Notes under the pieces: model-generated | Told to the model about the DNA's origin: nothing | What the model saw: the letters and a program-made list of their open reading frames with translations, nothing else | Databases searched by the model: none | Shown here: positions 29,468 through 38,784 of the stretch, piece by piece | How positions within the stretch are numbered: position 1 is the stretch's first letter | How the letters are laid out: each line of letters starts with the position of its first letter | From: Thermoplasmatota archaeon | Lineage (GTDB): Archaea; Thermoplasmatota; E2; JACPAO01; JAHFTW01 | DNA: 64,000 bases | Direction of reading: 5' to 3' | Assembly: GCA_041601615.1 (NCBI GenBank) | Contig: JBFIHX010000003.1 | Span: 64,001-128,000 of the forward strand | Program-made: the position numbers and the translations under genes

Positions 29468-29878
29468 TCAAATCCCAAGATCCGGCACTGGTTTGCGCAT
29501 CGCATAGCCGCCATTGAGTGGGTGCCAGGTCTCTACGCGCTCTTCCCCCTCTTTCCAGCACAAAAACACCGGTTCATCGCCACGCATCGCCCAAAAATCC
29601 ACGAGGCCCGCGTCGAGGTCCTTGAGGGCAATTCCACGCTCCTCAAACGCCTCCACGGCCGCATCGAGATGCCGCTTACACTCCTGGAACGTCGCCAAAC
29701 GGGCGAGCCAATCGCCATGATCCGGGCAACCAGGGTCCTGGATGCTGTCGCCCCAGACGATTCGCAAATCCTCGATGTGTGCCTGGGCATCGACGAGCGA
29801 ACTCCGTGCCGCCCTCGCGTTGGCCAAAAGTCGACGGACCTCCGGCAGGGCGTCGTTGGCCTGTTCCAGACTCCACAT
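29468..29878 (-). CDS. DUF2203 family protein
   Basis: AN..LP.V, G..LKD...GLVDF, LCWK.GE....WH....GY..R. Confidence 0.88.
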   Translation of the reverse strand: MWSLEQANDALPEVRRLLANARAARSSLVDAQAHIEDLRIVWGDSIQDPGCPDHGDWLARLATFQECKRHLDAAVEAFEERGIALKDLDAGLVDFWAMRGDEPVFLCWKEGEERVETWHPLNGGYAMRKPVPDLGI

Positions 29879-30141
29879 GCGCACGGGCACATTGGGAGAG
29901 CGTCTACGGGGGTATTGGCTGTTTTGGGACAGCCCAAGCTCCTCCCGACCGACGCCCACCACCACAGGGGCGCGGGCCCACGCAGGGCCGTACCGGACGC
30001 GATCCAGTACCCGACCATGGTCGGGAGGAGAGAGGCCAGAGGCCTCACGCGCAAGCGCGCTTGACTAGATAGGTCCGGGCCATTTGGTCCCTTCTGGGGA
30101 TGTACGGAAAACGTCTCCTTGGGGATTGCTGAGCCCTGCCC

Positions 30142-30558
30142 CTAGTTTTCGGGCAGTTGCACCAGATTGAACGGGTTTCCATCGGGGTCGCGCACAACAC
30201 TGCTCAAGCCCCATGGCATGTTCTCTGGTTCACTAACGACCGTGCCGCCCGCTGCTTTCCAAGATTTCGTGGCCGCGTCGCAATCGCCCACAGAGAAAAC
30301 AGTCATGTTGTTGTCGCCCACCGTAGGCGTCCTTCCGTCAGGCCCCGGCACGGGAGGCATGAGTACGATTTCCAAATCGTCGCCCGGAATGCCAACGGTG
30401 AGCCAACGCATCTTGCTGCCCATGAATTCGAACACTTCGTCGCCTCGTACTTCAGCGCCCACGGCGGCTGTGTAGAAGGCCAGCGCCTTGTCTTGGTCGC
30501 TGATGATGAGGTTCATGTGGCTGACGCGCTGGACCGTGGTGGTAATGGCATGGGACAT
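30142..30558 (-). CDS. VOC/glyoxalase family protein
   Basis: H..L..SDQDKALAFY, PWG.....RDPDGN...L. Confidence 0.9.
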   Translation of the reverse strand: MSHAITTTVQRVSHMNLIISDQDKALAFYTAAVGAEVRGDEVFEFMGSKMRWLTVGIPGDDLEIVLMPPVPGPDGRTPTVGDNNMTVFSVGDCDAATKSWKAAGGTVVSEPENMPWGLSSVVRDPDGNPFNLVQLPEN

Positions 30559-30669
30559 GCGGTGGGCATGGGTCTGCCGGCTTTGGTCGTTTTCCCGAGG
30601 GGTAAGCGAAGGTAACAAATGGTGGAGCGAAGGAGGGAGAAGGAGGATGACGCTGCGTTGGCGCCGGGT

Positions 30670-30735
30670 TTACTTACTCGGCTTCTTGGGGGCAGGCTTG
30701 GCAGGCATGGCTGGCTTGGCGGGCGTCTTGGGCAG
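30670..30735 (-). CDS. candidate 21-aa Pro/Lys/Ala micro-peptide (CTG start)
   Basis: GGAGGTG RBS 7 nt upstream; (M)PKTPAKPAMPAKPAPKKPSK; CT-rich tract downstream. Confidence 0.45.
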   Translation of the reverse strand: MPKTPAKPAMPAKPAPKKPSK

Positions 30736-30879
30736 GGGTGACCACCTCCCGGGGCGGACCCTGCAGTGAGATTTGGCAGGGTGTCTTGAGCTTATCCTCC
30801 GCCACACCGCCAAAATGTTGCCAAGGCACGCAAAAACGGCCCATTGCGGCGACGAGAAGAGGCGGACAGCGTGGAAATC

Positions 30880-31824
30880 TCAGGAACCGAGTTCGCCGAG
30901 ACGCTTCGCGACCACGTCTGCAAACCGAGCCGCCGCACGCGGTTCATGGCGCAGGAACATTTCGGGCTCGATGAGCTCCAATTCCATCAAGCAGAACGCA
31001 CCGTCATGATGCACACCGTCCACGCGAGCATACACCGATGGCTCCGGTAGGTCCTTGAGCATTCCCTCCGCCGCCTGCCTCGTTGCTGCCGGTGGCACGT
31101 CCGAGACCGTGCGCCCCCCGTGCTCCTCTTGGACGCGAATGTCGCCCGCCGCCGGCAATTTGCGCACCGCGTGGCTGAACTTGCCCCCGAAAAAGAACAA
31201 ACTCCACTCCCCCTCCGAGTGAATCGCAGGAATCTCCGGTTGCACAAAGCACGGGCCAACAGGGAATGCGTCTGTGTCTGGCGCCCACGTGTTGCCCTCC
31301 GCCGAAAACGGCTGCACGCCGTCCGCACTGATGCGCACAAGGCCGCTGGCGCCCGCGCCCACAATCGGCTTCGCAATCGCCCGCTCCCACCCCGCCTCCG
31401 CAGAAATCGCCTGCGCCCCCGCCGCATCAAAAGCCTCCATGAGCCGAGTAGGGACGATGCGGTGCCCCCGCGCCTCCAGTTCCAACAAGTACCGCTTGTC
31501 CAAATTCCAACGCATCAATCTGGCGGGATTCAAACACGGCGTGCCCGAGGCGACCAGTGCATCCAACCATGCTCCGAAGCGCTCTCGATGCAACGTATAA
31601 TCCCACGGCGAACGCACCAACACAGGCTCCGGGTCCGCCGGGTCAATTTCCTGCCACGGGGTGAAATGGGCATGAATTCCATGAGCGGCGAGAGCGGGAA
31701 CAAGCGGAAGGTCGTCGTGGAAGCCATGACGAAGGTCGGGGCAGGTGGCGAGGTGGAGGGACTTGACAGCAGACAACAGCGGTCGGAAAGCGGCTACGAA
31801 TTTGAAAACCGGCCTGGCCCGCAT
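30880..31824 (-). CDS. ATP-grasp protein (RimK/glutathione synthetase-like)
   Basis: RS.WDY, WN.DK.YL, KP.VGAG, GE.SL, YARVD, MELELIEP; start uncertain. Confidence 0.85.
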   Translation of the reverse strand: MRARPVFKFVAAFRPLLSAVKSLHLATCPDLRHGFHDDLPLVPALAAHGIHAHFTPWQEIDPADPEPVLVRSPWDYTLHRERFGAWLDALVASGTPCLNPARLMRWNLDKRYLLELEARGHRIVPTRLMEAFDAAGAQAISAEAGWERAIAKPIVGAGASGLVRISADGVQPFSAEGNTWAPDTDAFPVGPCFVQPEIPAIHSEGEWSLFFFGGKFSHAVRKLPAAGDIRVQEEHGGRTVSDVPPAATRQAAEGMLKDLPEPSVYARVDGVHHDGAFCLMELELIEPEMFLRHEPRAAARFADVVAKRLGELGS

Positions 31825-31940
31825 CCGCGACGAAGGCACCTCTGACACCGAGCCAAGCGACTCCACCACCGAGTCTCCCCACGGGGTACTTTCACCGCCC
31901 CCTGCCGCGTCCATGTAGCCTTTTCCACCCATTCCATGCC

Positions 31941-32333
31941 GTGCTCGTTCTTTGCCAAACCTGCCACTTCCAATGCAGTCACCGAGTCCCTTGCAACGGA
32001 GCTGAAACGGAATTTCAAGACCAAGAATGCGCCAGCTGCGGGCATGGAGCAAAATGCCACCCCGTCCCGCTCGCGGACATCACCCACACGCCCGCGACAT
32101 GCTCCATCTGCGACGAGGATGCACACCGCTGGCTCGAGCTTGGGGAATTGACCGTGTACCTTTGCCCAAGCCATGTGGACTTCTGCATCGAATGCCTTTC
32201 AGTTGTGGAAGAGAGCATTGCAGAGGAGGGCAACGTGTGCCGTGAGTGTAAGGCCTTGAATCCTGAGTCCTTCGCGGTTCTTGCTTGCTACGAATGCACT
32301 CCGGGATGTAAGGAGTGCAACGCAACGGTTTGA
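31941..32333 (+). CDS. small multi-CxxC (zinc-finger-like) protein
   Basis: many CxxC/CxxH pairs in 130 aa; heads the defence insert. Confidence 0.55.
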   Translation: MLVLCQTCHFQCSHRVPCNGAETEFQDQECASCGHGAKCHPVPLADITHTPATCSICDEDAHRWLELGELTVYLCPSHVDFCIECLSVVEESIAEEGNVCRECKALNPESFAVLACYECTPGCKECNATV

Positions 32334-32357
32334 TCCCATGGATGCTTCCGACCCCCG

Positions 32358-32855
32358 TTGTCCAGTAAAGAAAACGCATATCAGAAGACCTTCAGAAACT
32401 TGAAAACAGAGCTGCAAGCCAAGGAATTTCTTCTACAGTCGGACAACCGCTTTCACGATACTTCTCTCGGCGTTAAGAAGCTCATTTTGCGACACCTGGG
32501 GTTTGAAGGACGGCTCCCAACCCGAAGTTTCGACCTTGTATTTACGGAGGAGCCGTTTGACCAATTGACGGAAGAAAACATCGATGAACACCTTCCAAAC
32601 CTTGTACTCATTGAAATGAAAGCCACAAAAAACAAAAAAAGAGCGGTAAAAGACGAATCTCTGCGTGGCTTTTTCTTTGGCGCGACGGAAAACGAATTCA
32701 AGATTGCGAGTAAACTTGGGGAGCGTTATCGCTTCGCATTTGTTGTACTCGCAGACAACAACGACCTCGGACGCCCCTTCTATGTGCTGCTGACACTGGA
32801 GGAGTTGGAAAAGCGGATTCGGACGAAGAGAAGGCAGTATCAGATTAACTTGTAG
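32358..32855 (+). CDS. PD-(D/E)xK nuclease (DUF3883-like)
   Basis: FDL...LIEMKAT...TENE...A..L..RY. Confidence 0.7.
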   Translation: MSSKENAYQKTFRNLKTELQAKEFLLQSDNRFHDTSLGVKKLILRHLGFEGRLPTRSFDLVFTEEPFDQLTEENIDEHLPNLVLIEMKATKNKKRAVKDESLRGFFFGATENEFKIASKLGERYRFAFVVLADNNDLGRPFYVLLTLEELEKRIRTKRRQYQINL

Positions 32856-32897
32856 CGCTCCCGACAGATCTATTGATCTACTGGAGTTCGCGATCTT

Positions 32898-34616
32898 GTG
32901 AAGATCAAAGGGCTTGATGTGGAACGGGATTTCCTCAAAGGGATCTTGTCTGGTCGAGGAGTTATGAAAATTCCAATATATCAGCGAGATTATGCGTGGG
33001 GGCCAGAAGATGTTGATAATTTAATGGATTTATTTTTCGAAGCGGCCCCAGAAAGTGACGGCCCAATATTTTTAGGCAATATGGTTTTCCATTCCGAACC
33101 AGACGGGGATGATAATGCTTGGTACTTGGTAGATGGCCAACAAAGGCTGTCGACTACATATCTTATAATTGCCTCGATGTTACACAGACTTAGGAAATCC
33201 GAACATTTGCGTGCTGGCACTATCGCTGCAGAATATATCAAATTATTAACAACCGAGGATGGAATAATTGACACAAATGAAAAAATTCAATCTAATAAAA
33301 TTAGATTGAGGATGAGCGATAAAGATCACCACAGATTTAGAGATTTTATCGTACTTGGGGAGGTGATTGATAGGCGAACTAGATTGGGAAAAGCTCAACG
33401 AAGAATAAGCAATCGTATCAATGAGATGGCATTTAACGACTCTAAATTGATAGAAAATGCTGTTAATTTATATAGGTCTCTAGAAAGCGTAGTATGTGCA
33501 ACTTCAATTGACGTGGAAGACCCAATTGACCCGTTAGCTGTATTTGAGAGCTTAAATAGTAGGGGTGTGAGGCTTAGTGAAAGTGACTTGCTAAAAAATT
33601 ATGTAATGCAACGTACAAATCAACATGATAGAGATGATACATTGGCTAGATGGCGCACAATTGAGAGTAATATTGATGAAAGAATTGTTTCTTTCCTTCG
33701 TGCTTGGCATTTAGCAACTCAAGGGCTCGTGCGCAAAAATGATTTGTATAGGAAATTTAAAAAACTGGTGAATGAACAAGGAGCGACCCCGACACTCGTA
33801 GAATTAGTTAAATGGAGCGAATATTATCGCGATATTAGCAATGCATCTCCGGCTAGATTTACTCAAGACGAGCTCAGAAGGCGAATTAGGGAATTCAATG
33901 GACTCGGATTTCAACAAGCAATGCCATTACTTTTGGCAGCAATTGATCATACGCCTAGCCCAAAACAATTAATAAGGCTTATAGATATGCTTGAATGTGC
34001 ATACATTAGGCTGTTTAGAACCAGACAGATTAGAGGAAGTCTAGTGGAGAATGAATTCATTGATCTTTGTAAGTATTATGTAATTGGTCTGGAAGAGGGT
34101 CTGGCAGAATCAAGTAAAGTTATTAGAAGGCTTTGTGAAGCTTATTGTCCTTCAATGGAAAATGAATGGCCGAGGCTGGAAGTTAATAGTACGGCCGACC
34201 AAGCTTTTATATTGCGAAGACTTGAACAAGCAAGCCAAGGAAACATCTCATGGGTGCCAAGTAGCACTTCATTGGTGGAGATTGAGCACATTCTCCCCAA
34301 ATCATTAGATAAAAAGTATAATTATGGCGTGTCAGAGGATCAACATGAGAGGTTGGTTAATAGGATTGGCAATCTTTGCCTAGTGCTTGAGGAACACAAC
34401 CCAAGGCTCGGTAACAAGCTATTTGAGCTAAAAAAACACATATATTCGTGGTATGATGGTTCGTTACACCAAGGTGACCCGGTTCAGGGACATCGCAGGC
34501 ATGACCTTACCCATAAGTTGTGGTCTGAAAGTGCAAGTACCTGGGGTGAATCTGAAATTGAAACTCGAGGCCAACAATTGGGTGCCCTTGCGGACAGGGC
34601 TTGGCCAATTCCATAG
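32898..34616 (+). CDS. gmrSD: GmrSD-type modification-dependent restriction endonuclease (DUF262 plus DUF1524)
   Basis: PIYQRDYAW, DGQQRL.T, FESLN.RG..L...DL, EHILPK, IGNL, N..LGNK; AT-rich. Confidence 0.88.
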   Translation: MKIKGLDVERDFLKGILSGRGVMKIPIYQRDYAWGPEDVDNLMDLFFEAAPESDGPIFLGNMVFHSEPDGDDNAWYLVDGQQRLSTTYLIIASMLHRLRKSEHLRAGTIAAEYIKLLTTEDGIIDTNEKIQSNKIRLRMSDKDHHRFRDFIVLGEVIDRRTRLGKAQRRISNRINEMAFNDSKLIENAVNLYRSLESVVCATSIDVEDPIDPLAVFESLNSRGVRLSESDLLKNYVMQRTNQHDRDDTLARWRTIESNIDERIVSFLRAWHLATQGLVRKNDLYRKFKKLVNEQGATPTLVELVKWSEYYRDISNASPARFTQDELRRRIREFNGLGFQQAMPLLLAAIDHTPSPKQLIRLIDMLECAYIRLFRTRQIRGSLVENEFIDLCKYYVIGLEEGLAESSKVIRRLCEAYCPSMENEWPRLEVNSTADQAFILRRLEQASQGNISWVPSSTSLVEIEHILPKSLDKKYNYGVSEDQHERLVNRIGNLCLVLEEHNPRLGNKLFELKKHIYSWYDGSLHQGDPVQGHRRHDLTHKLWSESASTWGESEIETRGQQLGALADRAWPIP

Positions 34617-34620
34617 TTCC

Positions 34621-37600
34621 CTACGCCGCCCCAACGACCCCATGCACCAGCCCTTCAGCATCCAGCAGGCACGAGACGGTCTCCCCGTCGATTTCCCAGA
34701 CTTTGTACGGCTTGGCCACGGCGTCGTACCGAACGGCGGAGGCGCGCACTTCGCCTTTGAGCACGTCCTCGAACTGCTCCAGCTTGTGCATCCCCTCCAA
34801 GGAAACGCCCAAAGTCAACTGGATTTCGGCTTCGATGTCGAGGTCCAGTTCCTTGCGTAGGTCTTGGACGCGGCGGATGACTTCTCGGGTGAATGCCTCG
34901 GCCATGAGGGCGTCGTCGCGGACGGTGTTGAGGGCGAGCACGGCGCTGTCTACTTCGGTGGTGGCCCAGCCGTCGCGGTCGGTGGTCTCGAAGAGAATGT
35001 GGTCCGAGGTGAGGGTGTGCTCTGCGCCTTCGACGTGGATGCCGACGGTGCCGCCGGCGGCGAAGGTTTGGTGGGCGTGGTCGCCGTCGAGTGCTTGGAT
35101 GGCTTCGGAGATTTTGGGCGCGAGTTGCTTGAACGCGGGGCCAAGTGCTGCGCGGTTGGGTTGCGCGACGTATGCTTTGGCCTCGGTGACGGCTTCGGGT
35201 TGTTGGAGCACCTTGACGTTTAGTTCGTCGGCTAGGAGTGCGTCTAGGTCACCGAGCTCGGCGCCCACTACAAGAGTGCGGGCCAAGGGGTGGCGCGTGG
35301 GGATGCCGATTTTGCTGCGAAGGGCCCGTCCCGCTTCGGCCAGACTCCGGACTGCCGACATTTGGTTTTCCAGTGCTTCGTCGCGGGCCCCTGCTTCGGG
35401 GTAGCGGGCCAAGTGTACACTGTCGGGGTCTTCGGGGAGCTTCACGTGGGCCCAGATGTGTTCGACCATGAACGGCGCATACGGAGCAACAAGGCGGGCG
35501 ACGGTGTGCAGGCTCCACCAGAGGGTTGCGTGGGCGCTTTGTTTGTCCGTGCTGTCGGTTTCTTGCCAGAAGCGGTCGCGGCTGCGGCGGACCCACCAGT
35601 TGCTGAGGTCGTTGATGACGAACGCTTCGATGGCGCGGGTCGCCTTGTGCAGGTGGTATTTTTGCCCGGCGTCTTCGGCTTCGGCCACGGTTGCTTCAAG
35701 GCGGCTCAGGAGCCACCGGTCGAGGCTGCTGTGGCTTGCGAGATCCTGGAGCGTGTCCAGGGCCTTCATCGTCGGCTTCCATTCGTCGAGGTCGGCGTAT
35801 TGCTTGGCAAACAGGAAGGTGTTCCAGAGGGTCCCGAAGAATTTGCCGAAGGTGTCGCGCACCATGTCTTCGCTGAATCGCTTGTCTTGCCAGGGCGCGG
35901 TGCTGGAGAGGAGGTACCAGCGCGTGGCGTCGACGCCCTGGTTTTCGAACACCTGGTCGGGGCTTGCGTAGTTTTTCTTGCTCTTGCTCATTTTTTGGCC
36001 GTCTTCGGCAAGCAGGAGGCCGTTGACGACGCAGTTCTTGAACGGCGGACCCTGGAAGCGGCCGGCGTCCTTGATGTCGTCCACGGAGCCGAGGGCGGTG
36101 GCGATGGCAAGGAGGCTGTAGAACCAGCCACGGGTCTGGTCGAGGCCTTCTGCGATGAAGTCGATGGGCCAGCGTTCGGCGAGCATTTCGTCGGCATCGC
36201 CGCTGAATTGCGGAAATTGCGCAAATTGCGCGGCGCCGGAGTCGTACCAGACGTCGATGACGTAGGGTTCGCGTTCGGCGGGGCCGCCGCACTTGGGGCA
36301 CGCAATCGGCGTGTCCACGTGAGGTCGGTGAAGCTCCGAAACCTCGACCCCGTGGGCGGCGAGATCGGCTTTTCCGCCGAGGCAGATTTGCTCGGCGCAG
36401 TCTTCGTCCTTGCAGACCCAAACGGGCAGTGGAGTGCCCCAGTAGCGGCTCCGGCTGAACGCCCAGTCTTTGACGTTGCGCAGCCAGTCGCCCATGCGGC
36501 CTTCCTTGATGCTGTCGGGCACCCAGTTGATCTGGTCGTTGTTGGCCAGAAGCCGGTCGCGAAGGAGGCTCATGCGGATGTACCACGATTCCATCGCGTA
36601 GTACAGCAGCGGGGTGTCGGTGCGCCAGCAGTGGGGGTAGCTGTGTTCGTACTGCTCGGTGCGGTAGATCATGTCCCGGTCGCGAAGGTATGCGAAGATG
36701 GCTTCCTCGGTCGCTTCGTCCTTGACGTACAGGCCGGAGACGGCGGGAACTGTGGCCACGAATTTGCCGTCGAGGCCGACGGTGTGTTGGGCCGGCAAGC
36801 CGATGCTCATCCCAAGTTGGTAGTCGTCTTCACCGTACATGACGGCGGTGTGGACGACACCGGTGCCGTCTTCGGTGGTGACGAAATCGGCGGCGACCAC
36901 TTCCCAGGCGACCTTCGCCTCGCTTGCATCCACGGCACCGGGGAACAGGGGTTCGTAGGTGCGGCCAACGAGTTCGCTGCCTTTCAGTTCGGCGATGACT
37001 TCGCCGTGGTCGCGCATGGTGTTCTTGAAGAGTGCCTTGGCGAGAATCAGCACTTCGCCGACTTTTGCGTCGGTGTTGCCGCTGGTTTCTGTGACGCGCA
37101 CCTTGACGTAGTCGATGTCGGCGCCGACGGCGAGGGCCACGTTGCCGGGGAGCGTCCAGGGCGTCGTGGTCCAGCTGAGTATTTTGGCGTTGTCGGGGTC
37201 GGCTTTGAGGTGGAATTTTACGAAGACGCTGGTGTCGATGACGTCCTTGTAGCCCTGGGCGACCTCGTGGCTGCTGTACGTGGTGCCGGTGACCGGGGAA
37301 TAGGGAACGACTTTGTGGGCTTTGACCAGGAGGCCGGCGTCGAAGAGCCGCTTGAGGCTCCACCAGACCGACTCGATGTGCCGGTCGTCCATGGTGACGT
37401 AGGGCTCCTCAAAGTCGACCCAGAAGCCGACGCGCTCGGACATTTTCTCCCATTCGCCCTTGTAGCGGAACACCGACTCCTTGCATTTGGCCAGGAACTC
37501 TTCGAGGCGCGGCTCGATCTCGGCGACCTCGATTCCCATTTCCTTCTGGACCTCGATTTCGACCGGGAGGCCGTGGCAGTCCCAGCCGGCGTTGCGGGGC

Positions 37601-37869
37601 ACCCATTTGCCGTGCATGGCGTGGAAGCGATTCACGGAATCCTTGAGCGTGCGCGTCAGGACGTGGCCTGGGTGCGGTAAGCCGTTGGCGGTGGGCGGGC
37701 CTTCGAGGAAGATGAAACGGCGGGCTTCGTCGCGGTCGGAGTCGAGGTACGATTGGCGCCCCTGCTCCACTTGCCGCCGGAAGGTGCCCTTGGACCTCCA
37801 TTCTGCCAGCACTTGGCGTTCCATTGCATCAGGGAGGTACTTCCGAGGCACCGCGCCCGCGTCGACCAT
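34621..37869 (-). CDS. ileS: isoleucine--tRNA ligase
   Basis: EGPPTANG.PH.GH, GWDCHGLP, WTTTPWTLP, EG.DQTRGWF, KMSKS. Confidence 0.97.
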   Translation of the reverse strand: MVDAGAVPRKYLPDAMERQVLAEWRSKGTFRRQVEQGRQSYLDSDRDEARRFIFLEGPPTANGLPHPGHVLTRTLKDSVNRFHAMHGKWVPRNAGWDCHGLPVEIEVQKEMGIEVAEIEPRLEEFLAKCKESVFRYKGEWEKMSERVGFWVDFEEPYVTMDDRHIESVWWSLKRLFDAGLLVKAHKVVPYSPVTGTTYSSHEVAQGYKDVIDTSVFVKFHLKADPDNAKILSWTTTPWTLPGNVALAVGADIDYVKVRVTETSGNTDAKVGEVLILAKALFKNTMRDHGEVIAELKGSELVGRTYEPLFPGAVDASEAKVAWEVVAADFVTTEDGTGVVHTAVMYGEDDYQLGMSIGLPAQHTVGLDGKFVATVPAVSGLYVKDEATEEAIFAYLRDRDMIYRTEQYEHSYPHCWRTDTPLLYYAMESWYIRMSLLRDRLLANNDQINWVPDSIKEGRMGDWLRNVKDWAFSRSRYWGTPLPVWVCKDEDCAEQICLGGKADLAAHGVEVSELHRPHVDTPIACPKCGGPAEREPYVIDVWYDSGAAQFAQFPQFSGDADEMLAERWPIDFIAEGLDQTRGWFYSLLAIATALGSVDDIKDAGRFQGPPFKNCVVNGLLLAEDGQKMSKSKKNYASPDQVFENQGVDATRWYLLSSTAPWQDKRFSEDMVRDTFGKFFGTLWNTFLFAKQYADLDEWKPTMKALDTLQDLASHSSLDRWLLSRLEATVAEAEDAGQKYHLHKATRAIEAFVINDLSNWWVRRSRDRFWQETDSTDKQSAHATLWWSLHTVARLVAPYAPFMVEHIWAHVKLPEDPDSVHLARYPEAGARDEALENQMSAVRSLAEAGRALRSKIGIPTRHPLARTLVVGAELGDLDALLADELNVKVLQQPEAVTEAKAYVAQPNRAALGPAFKQLAPKISEAIQALDGDHAHQTFAAGGTVGIHVEGAEHTLTSDHILFETTDRDGWATTEVDSAVLALNTVRDDALMAEAFTREVIRRVQDLRKELDLDIEAEIQLTLGVSLEGMHKLEQFEDVLKGEVRASAVRYDAVAKPYKVWEIDGETVSCLLDAEGLVHGVVGAA

Positions 37870-37918
37870 TGGGCCGGCCCATGGGGGGTCCTCAAAAAAG
37901 GGTGGGGGCGGGGCGGGG

Positions 37919-38311
37919 TCAGAAGACGAGCACGACGCCGGTCATTCCTTTGCTCTCATGCAGGGTGCATCGAACGTGGAATTCCGCCGTCGAATCGGGT
38001 GCAAACCAGCCAAATTCGCCGCCCTTGGGGATGAGGCCGTTGCCGTACTGGCTGTTGTGGCTGTCGGGGCCTCCGGGTTCGGCGCTTCGCACGTCGCAAC
38101 CGTCCAATTCGGAGTGGAACGCGACAATGGCGCCCTGAGGAACGCGGGCCTTGGTAGGCTCGAACGTGTGCTTGGCGGTGAGGGTGATGATGTAGCGACT
38201 GTTTTCGTCCTGGGGCGGGGCCTGGAAGCCGCCAGGGCCGTCGCTCCCGTTCTTGTCGCCGCAGCCGGCAAGCAGCGTCACCACCAGCATGGCGACCACA
38301 ATTTCTCTCAT
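37919..38311 (-). CDS. cupredoxin-like lipoprotein with variant copper site
   Basis: lipobox LAGC; C..H....M (CTLHESKGM); paralog of adjacent gene. Confidence 0.75.
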   Translation of the reverse strand: MREIVVAMLVVTLLAGCGDKNGSDGPGGFQAPPQDENSRYIITLTAKHTFEPTKARVPQGAIVAFHSELDGCDVRSAEPGGPDSHNSQYGNGLIPKGGEFGWFAPDSTAEFHVRCTLHESKGMTGVVLVF

Positions 38312-38363
38312 CGAATGAAAAAGTAAGAATGAGGGGAAAAGGGTTGGCGGGGAAAGACTTGGC

Positions 38364-38723
38364 CTAGGCAACGTGGATGGTGCCAATCATGCCAAGACTG
38401 TGGTGGGGCATGCAGAAGTATCCAAAGCTCCCCGCCTCCTCAAAGGTGTGCGAGAAGTGTTCGCCTTTCGCGCCGCCGACTTCGCTGGCCCAGAGGCCGT
38501 CCTCGGATTGGGTGTTGTGGCTGCCGCCTTCGTTGATCCACACGACCGTGGCGCCCACGGGCACCTTGGCGTTGGCGGGACTGAATTTGTTGCTCGGCAG
38601 CATCTTGATGATGTAGCGACCCTCGTCGTCTTGGTCGGGCGTGACGGCGTCGGCGCCGGAGGAGCCGGTGCAACCGGCGAGCATGATGGCGGCCACGAGC
38701 AGGGATGCTGCAAGGATGCGCAT
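38364..38723 (-). CDS. halocyanin/plastocyanin-like blue copper lipoprotein
   Basis: lipobox LAGC; HN, YFCMPHHSLGM type-1 Cu ligands. Confidence 0.9.
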   Translation of the reverse strand: MRILAASLLVAAIMLAGCTGSSGADAVTPDQDDEGRYIIKMLPSNKFSPANAKVPVGATVVWINEGGSHNTQSEDGLWASEVGGAKGEHFSHTFEEAGSFGYFCMPHHSLGMIGTIHVA

Positions 38724-38784
38724 GAATCAGGCCGAGCCGGGCCGGTGCATAGCGGTTTTGGCAGGGGCACGACATGTCCGACCC

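Noticed and set aside
29895-30141. SRP RNA or RNase P RNA
   Set aside because: Neither the SRP helix-8 motif nor the RNase P GAGGAAAGTCC motif was found on either strand.
32330-32365. Degenerate duplicate of the ileS 3' end bounding the defence islet
   Set aside because: Only a short CATGGG match; not distinguishable from chance.
35290-37680. Long antisense ORFs (796 aa opposite ileS, 545 aa opposite aglB and similar)
   Set aside because: Shadow ORFs caused by high-GC codon bias of genuine genes on the other strand.
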